Shown here: positions 25,226 to 38,688 of the stretch, one piece after another | Layout: the number at the start of each line of letters is the position of its first letter | How positions within the stretch are numbered: position 1 is the stretch's first letter | Assembly: GCF_006345805.1 (NCBI RefSeq) | Contig: NC_043012.1 | Location: 30,070,001-30,134,000 of the forward strand | Direction: 5' to 3' | Length of the DNA stretch: 64,000 nt | Source: Octopus sinensis | Lineage: Eukaryota | The notes under the pieces: generated by a model | Databases searched by the model: none | Seen by the model: only the letters and a program-made list of their open reading frames with translations | What the model was told of the DNA's origin: nothing | Position numbers and translations under genes: made by a program

Positions 25226-27375
25226 CATGTTAGCTTCATTTCATGTTGTTGCAGCCCACTCAACTATAAATGAATGACTATGAATGGAATGGTGTCCTGT
25301 GTCAGGACAGTGTTGGGATCTTGGTTACTTAATCTGCTATGGAAGCTGTGTAATTGGCCCTGTGAGTCCCAGGACTCAAGACAGTAATCTTCAAGTTGAT
25401 GATGATATTTTTTACAGTGTTTTGATAATCTTCTTAAGGGGTCAATGCTGTAAAGGTAGGGTGCAGTATATAATGTGTGGAGCCCAGAGAATTGAGTGGA
25501 GTAAAGAGATTGGGATATCATTTATTCACCACAATTGCTGAACATAAGCAAACGGTGGTAGAGTTCAAATTTAACCCATTGTGTTCAAGCACACAAATTA
25601 TAAGAATATTTAGATACACACAGAGTCAAATCTAGTGTGTACATATGACTCATACATTTCAAAAGACTTTGTATATTGTTTATCTATCTATATAAATGCA
25701 CACACAAACACATTCCAGCCTATATTAGCATAGAAAGCGGATATAAGATGATATGACGTTTTTGAATGTTAATATCTGAGGAATGAATGAAAACAAGTTC
25801 TCACAAAGGTGTTATTTGTCTCACATTTGAAAAAGAAAAGGGTGTATCATCATCATCATCATCACTTAACATCCATTCTCCATGCTGGCATTGGTTGGAT
25901 GGTCTGACAGGGACTGCCTGGGCTCCGTTTGTCTGTTTTGGCATGGTTTCTACAGCTGAATGCCCTTCCTAATGCCAACCACTTAACAGTATGGAATGGG
26001 TGCTTTTACATGGCATCAGCATGGACACTTTTATATATAATTCTGTGTTTGTTTTCCCTGTTGATAGTTTGACTGGATTTATTCGGTCAAGAAGAACAGG
26101 TCTTGCTCCAATGTCTTAGCTTTGATACGATTTTAATGGTTGGATACTCTTTCTAACACTAATCACTTTACAGAATGGACTTAGTGCAGTTTTTGTGGCA
26201 CCAGTGTTACAGAGGTTGCCTTGCCACCAGCCAAACTAAAAGGGTTCCTAAATGCCTGCTTTGTCAGTGCTTTATTTAATTTACCAACCACTTACAGAGT
26301 TTACTGGGTATTTTTGTACTGCCACCATTAGAAGGACGGTTTAGGAGTTCAAAATAACAGCAGAAGTTAAAGTATGAAGGAAGAAACAGATTTTTTTTTT
26401 GATAGGGTGGTAGTGAAGAAAATAGCAGAGAGAAGAATGTTAAAGGGAGATAATGGAGGAATAATATGAAAGAGATGGGGACAAAAATGGCAAGGGTGAT
26501 GGGAGGGGTTAAGTAGATGAACTCTGAAAGTGTGGGTCAGATTGGGTTGGATGGATCATCTGTCTGAGTTGGTTCTTAATGGAGTTACATTGGTTTATTG
26601 TATGGGGTGGTAGTAGGAAAGACAGCATTGGGGAAATAATAGGGAAAGGAAAGAAGTTGTGCTGGGGCAGGGGGGGGGCTAAGTAAGAGGAGATACAGTG
26701 CTAATCTATGTTGTATGTTGGTTGATAGAATGGTGTATGAGAGAGAGATAAGGGGATGATGGAGTTTGGGGTTGGGGAATATTCAATATTCACAGATCAG
26801 GTGCTTTCCCCCCAATTATCAGGGGTTCCATGGTGAGTTGAAGAGATGATGGAGAGATTAGAGGTTATGTAATAGGTAAAGAAATGTGTGTTGCGGTTGT
26901 GCATGTGTGCACTATTTTGCTATTTTAATGTTTTGGCAAGCTTGCATGGGGGTCAGACCTTCTGCAGCATTGTATAATCACTCAATGCACACGCACATAC
27001 ACACATGTATGTGTGGGTGTGTGTATGTGTATATATATATATAACAAGAATTGGTATTCAAAGAATCAGACCTCACCACATTAAGCACTCTGCTTGATGC
27101 ATGGCTATCAAGAAAGACTGTGTTTAAAGCTAAGATGAAACATCTGTGTCATTCTGAAAATATAAGAATTACAATGGTGGAGAGTATGTATAAAAATTGA
27201 TCAAATAAGAGAAGTGGAGGGGATAGATGTTTATTCAACCAGTTGACAGCTGTTTCATAAGCCATGGTAATATTCGGCATTACATCATTTATCATACATA
27301 TATACAGTATATATACATATATACAGTATATATACAGTATATACAGTATATATACATATATACAGTATATATACA

Positions 27376-27407
<32 letters not shown>

Positions 27408-27415
27408 TGTATATA

Positions 27416-27621
27416 AAGGCGGCAAGCTGGCAGAATCGTTAGCACACTGGGCGAAATGCTCAGCGGTATTTTGTCTGCTGTTATGCTCTGAGTTCAAATT
27501 TTGCTGAGGTCGACTTTGCCTTGCATCCTTTCGGAGTCGATTAAATAAGTACCATTTATGCACTGGGGTCGATGTAATCGACTTAATCCCATTGTTTAGC
27601 CCCCTGTGGGCAGTAAAGAAA
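27416..27621 (+). mobile_element. SINE family B, young reference copy
   Basis: aaggcggcaagctggcagaatcgttagc (A-box-like) ... ctgagttcaaatt (B-box-like) ... gtcgactttgcc ... gggcagtaaagaaat. Confidence 0.8.
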
Positions 27622-27700
27622 TATATATACAGTGGGACTGAACCCGGAACCATGTGGTTCGTAAGCAAGCTACTTACCACACAGCCACTCCTACGCCTAT

Positions 27701-27994
27701 CACTGTGACCGACCAGGCTATCAGATGTTGCTACACATCGCTGGTCACAATGTGCTTCGCATTGTTTAAGCGTTCAAATGACGCCATCCTGCTGGCTAAG
27801 CGAGCAGGCCAACAGAAGAAAGAGTGAGAGGAAGTTGTGGCGAAAGAGTACAGCAGGGATCGACACTACTCCCTGCTGGAGCCTCGTGGAGATTTTAGGT
27901 GTTTTCGCTCAATAAACACTCACAACCCCCCCGGTCTGGGAATTGAAACCATGATCCTACAACCGCGAGTCCGCTGCCCTAACCACTGGGCCAT

Positions 27995-27996
<2 letters not shown>
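27701..27996 (-). mobile_element. tRNA-derived SINE family E, young copy
   Basis: Minus-strand head caatggcccagtggttagggcagcggactcgcggttgtaggatcatggtttcaattcccagacc has A/B-box-like motifs, followed by a ~230-bp unique body. Confidence 0.75.
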
Positions 27997-28072
<76 letters not shown>

Positions 28073-28402
28073 TTTTTATTCTTTTACTTATTTCAGTCAT
28101 TTGACTGCAGCCATACTGTAGTCAAGCAAATCAACCACAGGACTTATTCTCTGTAAGCCTAGTACTTATTCTATTGGTCTTTTTTGGCAAACTGCTAAGT
28201 TATGGGGATGTAAACACACCAGCATTGGTTGTCAAGCAATGGTCGGGGGACAAACACAGACACACAAATGTATCCATATATATGACAGGCTTCTTTCAGT
28301 TTTCATCACTCAAATATATATATATATATTTTTTTTACAAAGACGTACTTACATAGTTGCATAGCAAGTGATTTGATCAGAGATTGTGTGCTGAAACAAA
28401 AA

Positions 28403-28684
28403 CAATTGTAGCATGGAAGGTGTTTGTAAGCCATTTAAGAACACCAAAAACTGTCAGTTTCACATAAACATTTAAATTTAATTTGTGCAAAAATATTTCC
28501 ATCACTTTGAAACCACAACCTGTTCACTGATAAAACTTTGTGCTGTAGCATGAAGTTTTGTCAGTGAACAGGTTGTGGTTTCAAAGTTGTGAAAATGCTT
28601 TTACACAAATTTAAATGTTGAAGTAAAACTAACTGTTTTTGTTTGTTCTTAAATGGCTTACAAACATCCTCCACACTGTAATTG
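28403..28684. mobile_element. Palindromic MITE/foldback (~130-bp diverged arms)
   Basis: caattgtagcatggaaggtgtttgtaagccatttaagaac...tttgaaaccacaacctgttcactga is mirrored by tcagtgaacaggttgtggtttcaaag...gttcttaaatggcttacaaacatcctccacactgtaattg. Confidence 0.8.
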
Positions 28685-29429
28685 TGTGTGTATATTATAT
28701 ATATATATTTATAAAGATATATTGTTTACATAGACACATAAGTGTAACCTGCCACGAAATGTTCTGAAGAGTAGTCTGTTATGTGTTTATGTGTGTGATA
28801 GAGAGAGATAAATGATTTAGTGTCAATTATGTAACTAATATGATTTATGAAACAGCTGTCAACTAATGGAATAAATATCTATTCCTTCACTTCTCTTATT
28901 TGATCAATTTATACATACTCATGCATACATTATGCATTTTCTTGATTATGAATAAAACATGCTTATGTGGAGGACATGCAGTAGCTTGTGTATATGTGTA
29001 AATGTAGGATACCTTATGAGAATGACCATAATGTAAGTATATCCTGCATATATATAAAACTCTATTTTAGGATCTGGCTGGATCATAAAATCACAAATTT
29101 AATATATTTCCGCAAAAACGTTGCATGTCTTGTCCTTTTTCACAGCCAACTTCATTCTCTACAACTCTCATTCACTGTCATCACTTCCTCTTTTACTTCT
29201 TGTATTCATTTTTAACCTAGATTCAATTCTTAATTACTTCCACAACTCAGTCTAAATTAAGCTCTTACTCTCTACATCTGGAGCAATTACGATTTTTAAA
29301 GTAATGAAGATGGTGCTCCAGTATGGCTACAGTGCAACAACTGAGGCCATGCAACAGAGTAAATAGTGCTTGTGCCATAGCAAAACAAAGCAAAAACTAA
29401 ATTACTCATTTCTGATTTTCATTACAAAT

Positions 29430-29800
29430 GTTCAAAATTAATTATGTCCTGGGAAGGAAGGGTGGAAGAGGCTCCAGAGAGGAATAGAAGCAAGTACCAG
29501 GAATTAGTAGAGGGCTGCTGCTAGAATGGGTGGCAGAACAAGGTTTTTTGGCCAGTGAAGGTTGGAAATTGAGAGTTTGCTCATTATACTCTGAATAAAA
29601 GCCTTTGGAACTCTGAGCTTACCAGGTACTTGCTGAAGAAAGGCCATCAAGTGCAATGCAGAAGCTGATGTAGAAGTAAGTAGATGGCTCTGGTTGAAAA
29701 GTGGTGAGTGGTGGGATTATTATGCTCCTGCTTTGGACACAAGCTTTGGCTTGATCAATCTAGATTGTGTTGTCTGAATGAAGATGTATGTTGTAAGACC
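29430..29800 (-). mobile_element. Possible heavily decayed CR1-like LINE 3' fragment
   Basis: Purine-rich tract whose reverse complement contains cctctctggagcctcttcc. The assignment rests on recalled similarity only; no intact protein motif was recovered. Confidence 0.3.
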
Positions 29801-30680
29801 AGTCACTCTAGGATACAGCACTAATGATGTGTCCAAGTATTGCAACTGAAGATGTACGCCAGAACTAACAACAAAAATAATGGGATGACACTACATGCAT
29901 ACCATTTGATGAAGGAGCTTTGGCTGTGATGAGTAACCCCATATAGGTTCTGTGGTTATATGAGGTTGACAAACTGAAACAAAAGTGTGAAAAGCAGAAA
30001 TTCCTACATTATAGCTCAAAGTAATGAGTGTTAAATTCAAATTTACAATTTAAACTCCTACAGCAGTTTTAGCATAAAAGAACCTAGATTAATACTTTTT
30101 TATTATTTTATTATCAAGTGGGTGACTGCTGGTCTTCCATAAACAACCTTGCCCAGACTTGTGCCTCGGAGGGTAACTTTCTAGGTGCAATCCCATTGTC
30201 ATTCATGACTGATGGGGGTCACATTATCAAGTCAGAAAGTTTGAAATTTCATTGTAATGTTTAATACTTTTGGTATCAAGCTGCTAAGAGTTCTTTGAAA
30301 CAAACTTCTTGTTTTAAGCCTTTTGTTACCATATTTCTGTTGACATGCACTACCTTTATGTCAATTTTGATATAAATATGCACGTATCTCTCATATATAT
30401 ATATATCAGAGTATTAATTTGAAAGAGACAAGTTCCATGGTCAAAGCCGACACACATCTAAACACAGAGGGTATATATAAGCCATTATAAGCATCTGAGC
30501 AGATAACATACAAAACCCTATATATACATATAATAGTATATGATTCTGTGCCCAAATCAAAATCAGGTAAGTAATTGCATAAATACACACAGATAAATTA
30601 AGAAGTCTCAAGCTGATGAGATAACAATTCACAATAATCCAAAAGGGAAGTCCTCAAATGAATTCAATAAATAGAAAGAG

Positions 30681-30766
30681 TCTTACGGATGTTTCTGGGA
30701 ATGTGCAAAGAAGTGTGTAGGTAAGACCTTTTGAACTTTGGTAATTCACATTTTCTTCGTCAGAGA
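30681..30766 (-). ncRNA. Type I hammerhead motif, antisense copy
   Basis: UCU-CUGACGA-AGAAAAUGUG...CACAUUCCCA-GAAA-C-AUCC-GUA-AGA; helix II is weakened by substitutions. Confidence 0.5.
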
Positions 30767-30852
30767 ATATGCACGGATTTAATTTAAACATATTTTTACA
30801 ACCCCATGAATAATTTTATGACTTTGTTTAAAATTTCCAAATCCGTACATAT

Positions 30853-30938
30853 TCTCTGATGAAGGAAATGTGAATTACCAAAGTTCAAAAGGTCTTACCT
30901 ACGCACTTCTTTGCACATTCCCGGAAACGTCCGTAAGA
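30853..30938 (+). ncRNA. Type I hammerhead motif, sense copy
   Basis: UCU-CUGAUGA-AGGAAAUGUG[~41 nt]CACAUUCCCG-GAAA-C-GUCC-GUA-AGA. The core is intact, helix II has 8/10 canonical pairs, helix I has only 3 contiguous bp, and helix III is near-palindromic (ACG-UC-CGU). Confidence 0.55.
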
Positions 30939-33290
30939 CTCTATTTAATGGATTCATTTGAGGACTTCCCTTCTGGATTATTGTGGATTGTTATCTCATC
31001 AACTTCTTAATTTATCTGTGTGTATTTATGCAATTACTTACCCGATTTTGATTTGGGCACAGAATTATATACTATTATATGTATATATAGGGTTTTGTAT
31101 GTTATCTGCTCAGCTGCTTATAATGGCCTATATCTGCCCTCTGTGTTTAGATATGCGTCGGCTTTGATGGGGAGTATTATTGACCTTGGAACTTGTCTCT
31201 TTCAAATAAATACTTTAATTGCTCAATAAATTGAGCCCTACATTATTGTTTCTTGAAAAGAGTTCACCTCTATAATTTTTATTACCTATATATATATATA
31301 TGAACATGTACACATTTATACATTTTGAGAAAACTACCAAGGGCTGGGGGGTGGGGGTGTTTCTTTTACATAATAAATTCAAACAGCTACAAATGTCACT
31401 GATACAATTGGAAATATATACATCATCATTGTGTGTGTTTATGTACTCTGCATGTTTCCTTGGAAGTGTACACACAAATAATTATGTGTGTATAATTATA
31501 TAAATGTGTGTGTGCATGTGAAAATGTATAAATAAGTAGCTAGGTAGGACGAGCTAATTATCAAAGCTCATTCCTCACTTTCATAAACTTGAGTATCAAA
31601 GTCAGGTGGAGTGTTGGCTGATAGTGGGAGTATATATTTCTGATTCTGGCACAAGGCCACACTTTTTAGGGGAAGTGTGTAAACTATGTAATTGGCTACA
31701 CCTCTCACCTCCAGTATTTGATTGCTTCTACTAGGTCACTTGATTTGCTAGTAATAACAGTCAAATTACACTCAAATCAGAGTCATATCATTTAAAAAAA
31801 GCATGCTAAAAGAAATAGACCAAATGGTTATGGTTGGGACATTTTGAAGCAACGGCTCTGCATAATCAGAGCTGATTTGGGACTAAACAACAATTAAATT
31901 GGTATTTGTTATTTTCATTCTCAAAGGGAAGAAAAGCTGTGTTTATCCTGCTGGGATTTGAACTCCAAACATAAATGAATGTCAAGAAATTTTTTTGCAG
32001 TGTCACAAATTACAAACTGAAATTGAAATGATTTTTTTTTGTACACTAGCTCACATCTTTCTTTGTTTCTCATTATATATACACCCACATGTATGTATAT
32101 TAACAAAACAATGTATAAATAGTTGTTTTGACATTATCATCATTCCTTTTTGGTGCCAGTTTTCTGTTGTCTGCAAGGCAGGGAGAAATGATAAACCAGT
32201 TGTGATGATATTGAAAGTGCTTCATTTCAGTGTGTTGTTCTGAGTCAGGGAAGGTGCAGCAGACTTTTCAGGCAGGACCACCCTAGCCTTATATAAAACA
32301 TGGTGTACCTAACACCACTAGCATAGCTACAGTGTGTTCCACCCAGGGCGGCCCTTCCGTTTGCTGCCCCTGAACTCCACAAAAAACACACATTGCCTAC
32401 AGCAGACCCAAAAGTGCTGCCCCTTTAAAAGTGCCACCCAGGGTGCCCCACCTACGCTAGAGCCTAGGCCTACAATATCTAATGTGTCCTTTCATTTTTT
32501 GATATTTAGCAACAAGTCAGCAAGTCAAAACATGTTCTTACTGACCTCTGGTCACATGTTTCATCTGTGGCCATGTTGGTTCTTTTCTTTATTTTGACAT
32601 AGTAATATTTAGGACTACCATTCTCTTTTAAAGATGGTTGGGTGTGAATTTCACTGGGCAAGCAATCATATAGATCCTGTCTTGTTGGTTCGTTTTTTTG
32701 TGATGTTGTTTCATTGTTTTGGTCTGTGCCCTTACAGAATATCAGCAAGTAGTTTATTTTTATGTTTGTGTAAATGCCTATCAATTTGTTAAAAGATATA
32801 TCATGGGTCACTGTTTTGTGTCATGAGTCATATGTATGGGATAGCTGTATATGGTGATAGTGAAAGATAATTATCATACATTGTGTGTGCATGTGTGGTG
32901 TTCATTACTCATCAAGTTATCAGGGAGCACCATAGGGTATCCCCACATTGCCTTCATATAGTGTTATCAGCTACAAGTCTACCTAATGTCTGTCTGTCTG
33001 TCTCTCTGTCTCTCTCTCTCACACACACATAGGAATCAAGCCAATTGTTGTAAGCCAATAAAAACATTGCGAACTCTACAGGCTGATTGAATGATAGCAG
33101 CAGAAGGGTGATGCAGTAAATGCCTTGATGTATTTACTTACATTCCTTTGCATTCTGAGTTCAAATTCCCCCAAGTGCAAGCCTTTTCATTGTTGCTTGC
33201 TTGACCTGCTAAAAATATCAACTGAATCTTTTTCAAATCACATTCTACCATCTCATTAGAAAAAAAGTAGTAGTAGTTGTGTGTGTGCGC

Positions 33291-33326
<36 letters not shown>

Positions 33327-33541
33327 GTGTATGTATGTATACATACATACATACACACACATACATATGCACGCACTGGCATGGCTGTTTGGTAAGAATC
33401 TTGCTTCCTGGCCACATGGTTCAGGGTTTAGCTCAACTGTGTGGTATCTTGAGTGTCTTCTGTAGCCTTGGGCTGACCAAAGCCTTGTGAGTGGATTTGG
33501 TAGACGGAAACTGAAAGAACCTTGTAATATATGTATGTGGC

Positions 33542-33572
<31 letters not shown>

Positions 33573-33679
33573 TATATATATATAATATATATATATATAT
33601 CTGAGGTTAATTCAGTTGACTAAAAATTCAAGGGGGTGCCTTAGAATGGCCACAGTCTAATGACTGAAACAAGTAAAAG

Positions 33680-33711
<32 letters not shown>

Positions 33712-34199
33712 GTCAATACTGTCCAGGGAAAAAAGATGTGATGATCAAGGCTGGCACTACTTTCATTGTAGGTCTGCTTGATTAAGGCTGACCTAGGGCT
33801 AAAATAAATAAGTATCAGTTATATATCAAGGTCAGTTCTCTTGTATTGGTTATATTCCTCCTCTCCCTCTCTGTTACATTTTTTTTGGCCATATGCTAAT
33901 ATAAGAAATCAATGAAATGGTGAACCAGTTGCCTACTGCAGAGAACTGTACTTTTCCGTGGTGTTTATATATTTTGATGTATTGCACCAACTAACATGAA
34001 CATCTATGCAGTAGAGCAGACTTTGAATTGTATACTTCCCCATAAAACACAACATTTGGAGTCTTTTAATTGATATTCAAGCCTTTGCTCAACCTCACTT
34101 TCCATCCATGCCTTCTTCACTGATAAACTATAATCTCTCCAGTTCTCTCTAACTACTGCAACTGCTCAGGTCCTCTTGTACCCTCATATATGTGTGTGT

Positions 34200-34610
34200 G
34201 TGTATATGTGGCACAACATGGTCTTGTGGTTAAGAAGCATTTCTGTGTGGTTTTGGGTTCAGCATGGTTCTTTGGGCAAATATTTTCTTTTATAGCCTCT
34301 GACTGAACAAAAGCCTTGTGAGTGGATCTGGTAGATAAAAACTGGAAGAAGCTTGTGTCTGTCCTTGTCTTGACATCATGTGATGGTTGCAAAAGAGCAT
34401 CAACGTCTTATAAGCAACATTGTTTTTTTTTTTTTTTTGGTCTTCCATGAAAAGCATGTCAGGCTGTGGGGAGATGTTACTTTACCTGGATGTTACCTTA
34501 CCTTACCAGGTGAGGGTTAGCAACTGGAAGGGCATCCAACTATAGAAAATGTGCCTCAACATAATTCTGACTCATGCAAGCATGGAAAAGTAGGATTTAA
34601 ATGATGATTT
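34200..34610 (+). mobile_element. SINE family A head with alternative tail 2 (RTE-like 3' end)
   Basis: The A head is followed by ttgtcttgacatcatgtgatggttg...ggaagggcatccaactatagaaaat...catgcaagcatggaaaagtaggatttaaatgatgat. Confidence 0.65.
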
Positions 34611-35630
34611 TTATATGTGTATATATGAGTGAGAGAGAGAGAGAGAGAGAGAGAGCATCTATATACATTATATACATAAATCAACTTTATTAAAATTAAT
34701 TTTTCATTTGCACCTCTCCACATAGTTTCCTGTTAATAGTTTCTGTGTGTCCTTCACTATAAACCCACCATTTGCACTGAGCACCCTTTCTAGCAATCCT
34801 TCTTCTCCAGCCTTATATCCCACCAATTTACACAAATTGCTTCTCTCTTAATTAATAACCTGCAGTTTTTGAACTTATCAAACATAATTGACCATATTAG
34901 CTTTATCATAGCTAATCAAACCAAATGAAATCAGAAGAGCCAATGGGGCTTGCCTCCAATGGTTCATTGGCTTGCAAGAAATAGCAGTCAAACTACACTT
35001 TACCATCTCTTTAAAGAATGATATTGAGTATAAAGTTAAAAGATATGTTGTTGAGGATACAAGGTAGGATGTTTTTCATCATAGGTTTTTTTTTTTTGAT
35101 CAGGGCTAACCTGTTAGCAGGTTAACTAACAACAATAAGCTGAAATCCAATAAACTTTTAGAGTTAGTCACTGGTGACTCACTCGACAGAAGTGATGTAA
35201 TGTCTTTGAAGAAGAAATCACCTGTGTCCAGTCATCTGATGACTTCTTGACAGAGAGTAGAGTTATTAAATGGTTGCTATCTTTTATAGAGCAGATAGTA
35301 TCATTGAAAAGATCTACAATTGTCTCTATTCACCCATTTGCCGGGCTGTCCAGCTGTGTATCAGTTTTGTTTGTATGTAGTGTGTAGGTTTCATTCATTT
35401 GTTTTATCTTTCAATTAAGATGAAACACACACACAGATTCTTTTTGCGTGTAAAACACATATATATGCTGGAGCACTGCCATAAACTGTTTTAGTCAAAG
35501 AAATTGACCCCAGGACTTATTCTTTGTAAGCCTAGTATTTATTCTAGCAGTCTCTTTTGCTGAACCACTGAATTACAATGACATGACTACACCAGCATCA
35601 GTTGTCAAGTAATGGCAGGGGAACAAACAC

Positions 35631-35687
<57 letters not shown>

Positions 35688-38496
35688 GAAGACAGGCTTC
35701 TTCCAGTTTCTGTTTATTAAATACACTCACAAGGCTTTGGTTGGGCTGAGGCTATAGTAGAAGACACTTACCCAAGGTGACACACAGTGGGACTGAACCC
35801 AGAATCATGTGGTTGGGGAGTGAGGTTCTTACCATACAGCCATGCCTGCATCTATGTATAAAAGAGTATATGCAAAATGAAATCGGAATGGCTTCACTGA
35901 CTATTTCCCCTCTTTGATAATTTGCTGTTTATTCAATGGATAGCTGGCAGAATGTTTTGTGGCAATTCACTCTTCTTTACATTCTCAGTTGAAATTCTGC
36001 TGAGGTTGACTTTGCTTTTCATCTTTTCAGGGTCGATAAAATAAGTACCTGTTGAGCACTGGAGTTGATGTAATTGACCTACCCCTCCCCTGAAATTGCT
36101 GGCTTTGTGTCAAAATTTGAAGCCAATTATTAGATGTTTATAAGTCATCTAATTATTAAAAATGGAAACAAAATTATCAGAAAAGCCATTCTTATTTATT
36201 TTTTCGAATAGATAATGCTGATGCCATCCAGTCCACTCTAGACAGTGGTTGGTGTTAGGGAGCAGGGTATTGAGTTGTAAAAGCCATGCCACAGCAGGCA
36301 GTGGAGTTTGGTGCCAGCATTTAAGACAGATGTTAAATGATGATGATTATATATAATCATCATTTAATGTCTGTCTTAAATGCTGGCATGGGTTGGACAG
36401 TTTGACATGGAGCTGGCCAGACCCCAGCTGTGACATGGCTTCTATGGCTGGATGCCCTTCCTAATGCCAACCACTTTACAGAGTGTGCTGTGTGTGTGTG
36501 TATATATATAGACGCATACTCTCAACATGATTTTCAGATAGACTCAGTATGATAGGGAAGTATAAGCTGGACTTTTTGTATATCAGATGGACTGTACTGG
36601 GAATTATTTTCCCTCTACTCCAATGTACTCACAAGGCTTGGGTCACCTGAGGCTTTGGTAAATGCACTTAGCCAAGATGCCATGCAGTAGGATTGAACTT
36701 AGGACCTCATTATTGCAAAAAGACCTCCTTAACCATTTAATCATGGCTACACACACACAACTGCACACACAGAATTTTTGTGTAAATGTCTCAAGACTGT
36801 TTTTCTGTTTATCTGCTGTTTTATAATGTCTTTGTGTATGCTCAGATATAAACTCGTGTACACACTCACAACTAGCTATGACAATCTATAAATTAACCTG
36901 TTTCCTTAGCATTGCTATCAAGAATATTAGCAGTAACTGAGGTGAAGTTAAACTTTAAAATAAGTGTTCCTCTGTGTGTGTGTGTGTGTGTGTGTGTGCG
37001 TGCATACATTGATGCCTATAGATCTTGGCTATTGAAGTTTATACATATTGAGCCCTGAGTTTGTATATCGATACATTGTGTATATAATATAAAAATACAC
37101 ACAAAACTTGATCCAACTTAGAAGACTTTCATATAAGGACCTGCCATATGCTCTTGGTTACCGTCTCTGCCTGACAAGCATCTTTTGATGAGGTTTTCAT
37201 TCTAAAAGTTACCATCAGTCTATGGTTTCACCGAAATTCTATCTGCATCTGGTGTATTTTTAGATAACTGTGAATATTGCCAGAATAGCGAACAATAGCT
37301 AAAGCTTGTTTGGTGGGCTGTTAAACTAAGATACATCTAATTTCTATGGGATGGGCACAGTGTGGCAGGCCTTGAATTTATTTACTAATTAATTTTAAAA
37401 AATTTCTTATTTCAGAACTTGGTTTATATATTTCATTTGGTAGTAAAGTCTGTGGAATTAGGTACACATATTTGTTTGCTAGGTATCTAATAATAATTAT
37501 AAACCTGCATTTGTTATTAGGATGATGAGGTAACAGGATCATTAAAATGTTGCAAGAAATGCTTTGCAGTATTTTTTCTAGTACTTTATGTTCAAATCCT
37601 GCCACAAACTCATTTTATGAACCTTGAAGGGATTAAAGCGAAATACTATTTAAGCACAGTGGGGTGGGATTTCAGTGTAAATCGACTAACCCTCTCCTGC
37701 TAAAATTACTATCCTTGTGACAAAATTTGAAGCAGTTTATTATTATTTCTTTTTATACAAAACAAACTTTGTGTGTATATATGTAATAAATATGAGGCCT
37801 GAGAGATGTGATATATCTTTCTCAAAGCTATTAACAATATGTAGAGTGATTCCAACTGTATGTAATTTTGTTGTGGCACATGTGCATGCATGTATGTGTT
37901 TTGGTGTTAGGAAGGGCATCCAACTGTAGAAATCATGCCAAAGCTGACATCAAGGCCTGATGCAGCTTCTGCAGCTCATCAAACACTGTCAACATTCATT
38001 CCATGCTAGCACGGAAAATGGATGTTCTATGATAATTAATGATGGTGATTTGTGTGTGTGTGTGTGTGTAAATGAGTATGCATGTAACACATTATTGTAT
38101 GCATGCTTGTATTTGCTTCTGTGTGCTTGTAGCGTTAGCTTTGTGCAAAGTGTTGCTGTTTCAAAAGCTGCAAAAGAAATGCTGACATTTCCAAACAGAC
38201 CGTTGTAAATATTAACAGTGATGGAAACCACAGCAAACATGAGATATATCTGTGGCAGTTGAATTGATTCTAATGTCTATTTATGTTAACAAAGGGTGGT
38301 GGAGTGGGGTTGGGGCATGGGAGGCAAGTTGACATACATAGGAATTACAAATTGTGTCGTTAGCTATTGCTTAGTACAACCACTAAAGGGATTTATTTAT
38401 TTAGTAGAGGCAAGAAACACATATCTAAAGTAAATTATTAAAAGAAATAAATGTTATTTCTTTTTTATCATTTCATTAGTATGATATCAAATAGTC

Positions 38497-38527
<31 letters not shown>

Positions 38528-38688
38528 TACTGAATGCACTCACAATGCTTTGGTTGGTGCAAGGATATACTTACATCTTATTCTGAAATAAGCCACACTA
38601 CCAAAATATTGCACTGGCCCATTTTGCGAGACACTGATCTAGGCCTGCTAGAAATAGAAACTGAAATCTTCCTTAAATTGTACACATT

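Larger units (their letters stand above)
30410..31213. mobile_element. Long inverted repeat (~370-bp arms, 58-nt spacer), Penelope-like pseudo-LTR pair
   Basis: Arms 30410-30780 and 30839-31213 are reverse complements apart from scattered substitutions (many at CpG) and small indels. Each arm has a hammerhead core near the spacer. Confidence 0.7.

Noticed and set aside
27930-27996. tRNA gene
   Set aside because: It is only a tRNA-like SINE head: there is no complete cloverleaf and it continues into a repeat body. The same applies to the tRNA-like stretch near 7600-7700.
38294-38322. G-quadruplex GGG-N9-GGGG-N2-GGGG-N3-GGG
   Set aside because: It is a single isolated motif with a long first loop and nothing else supports function.
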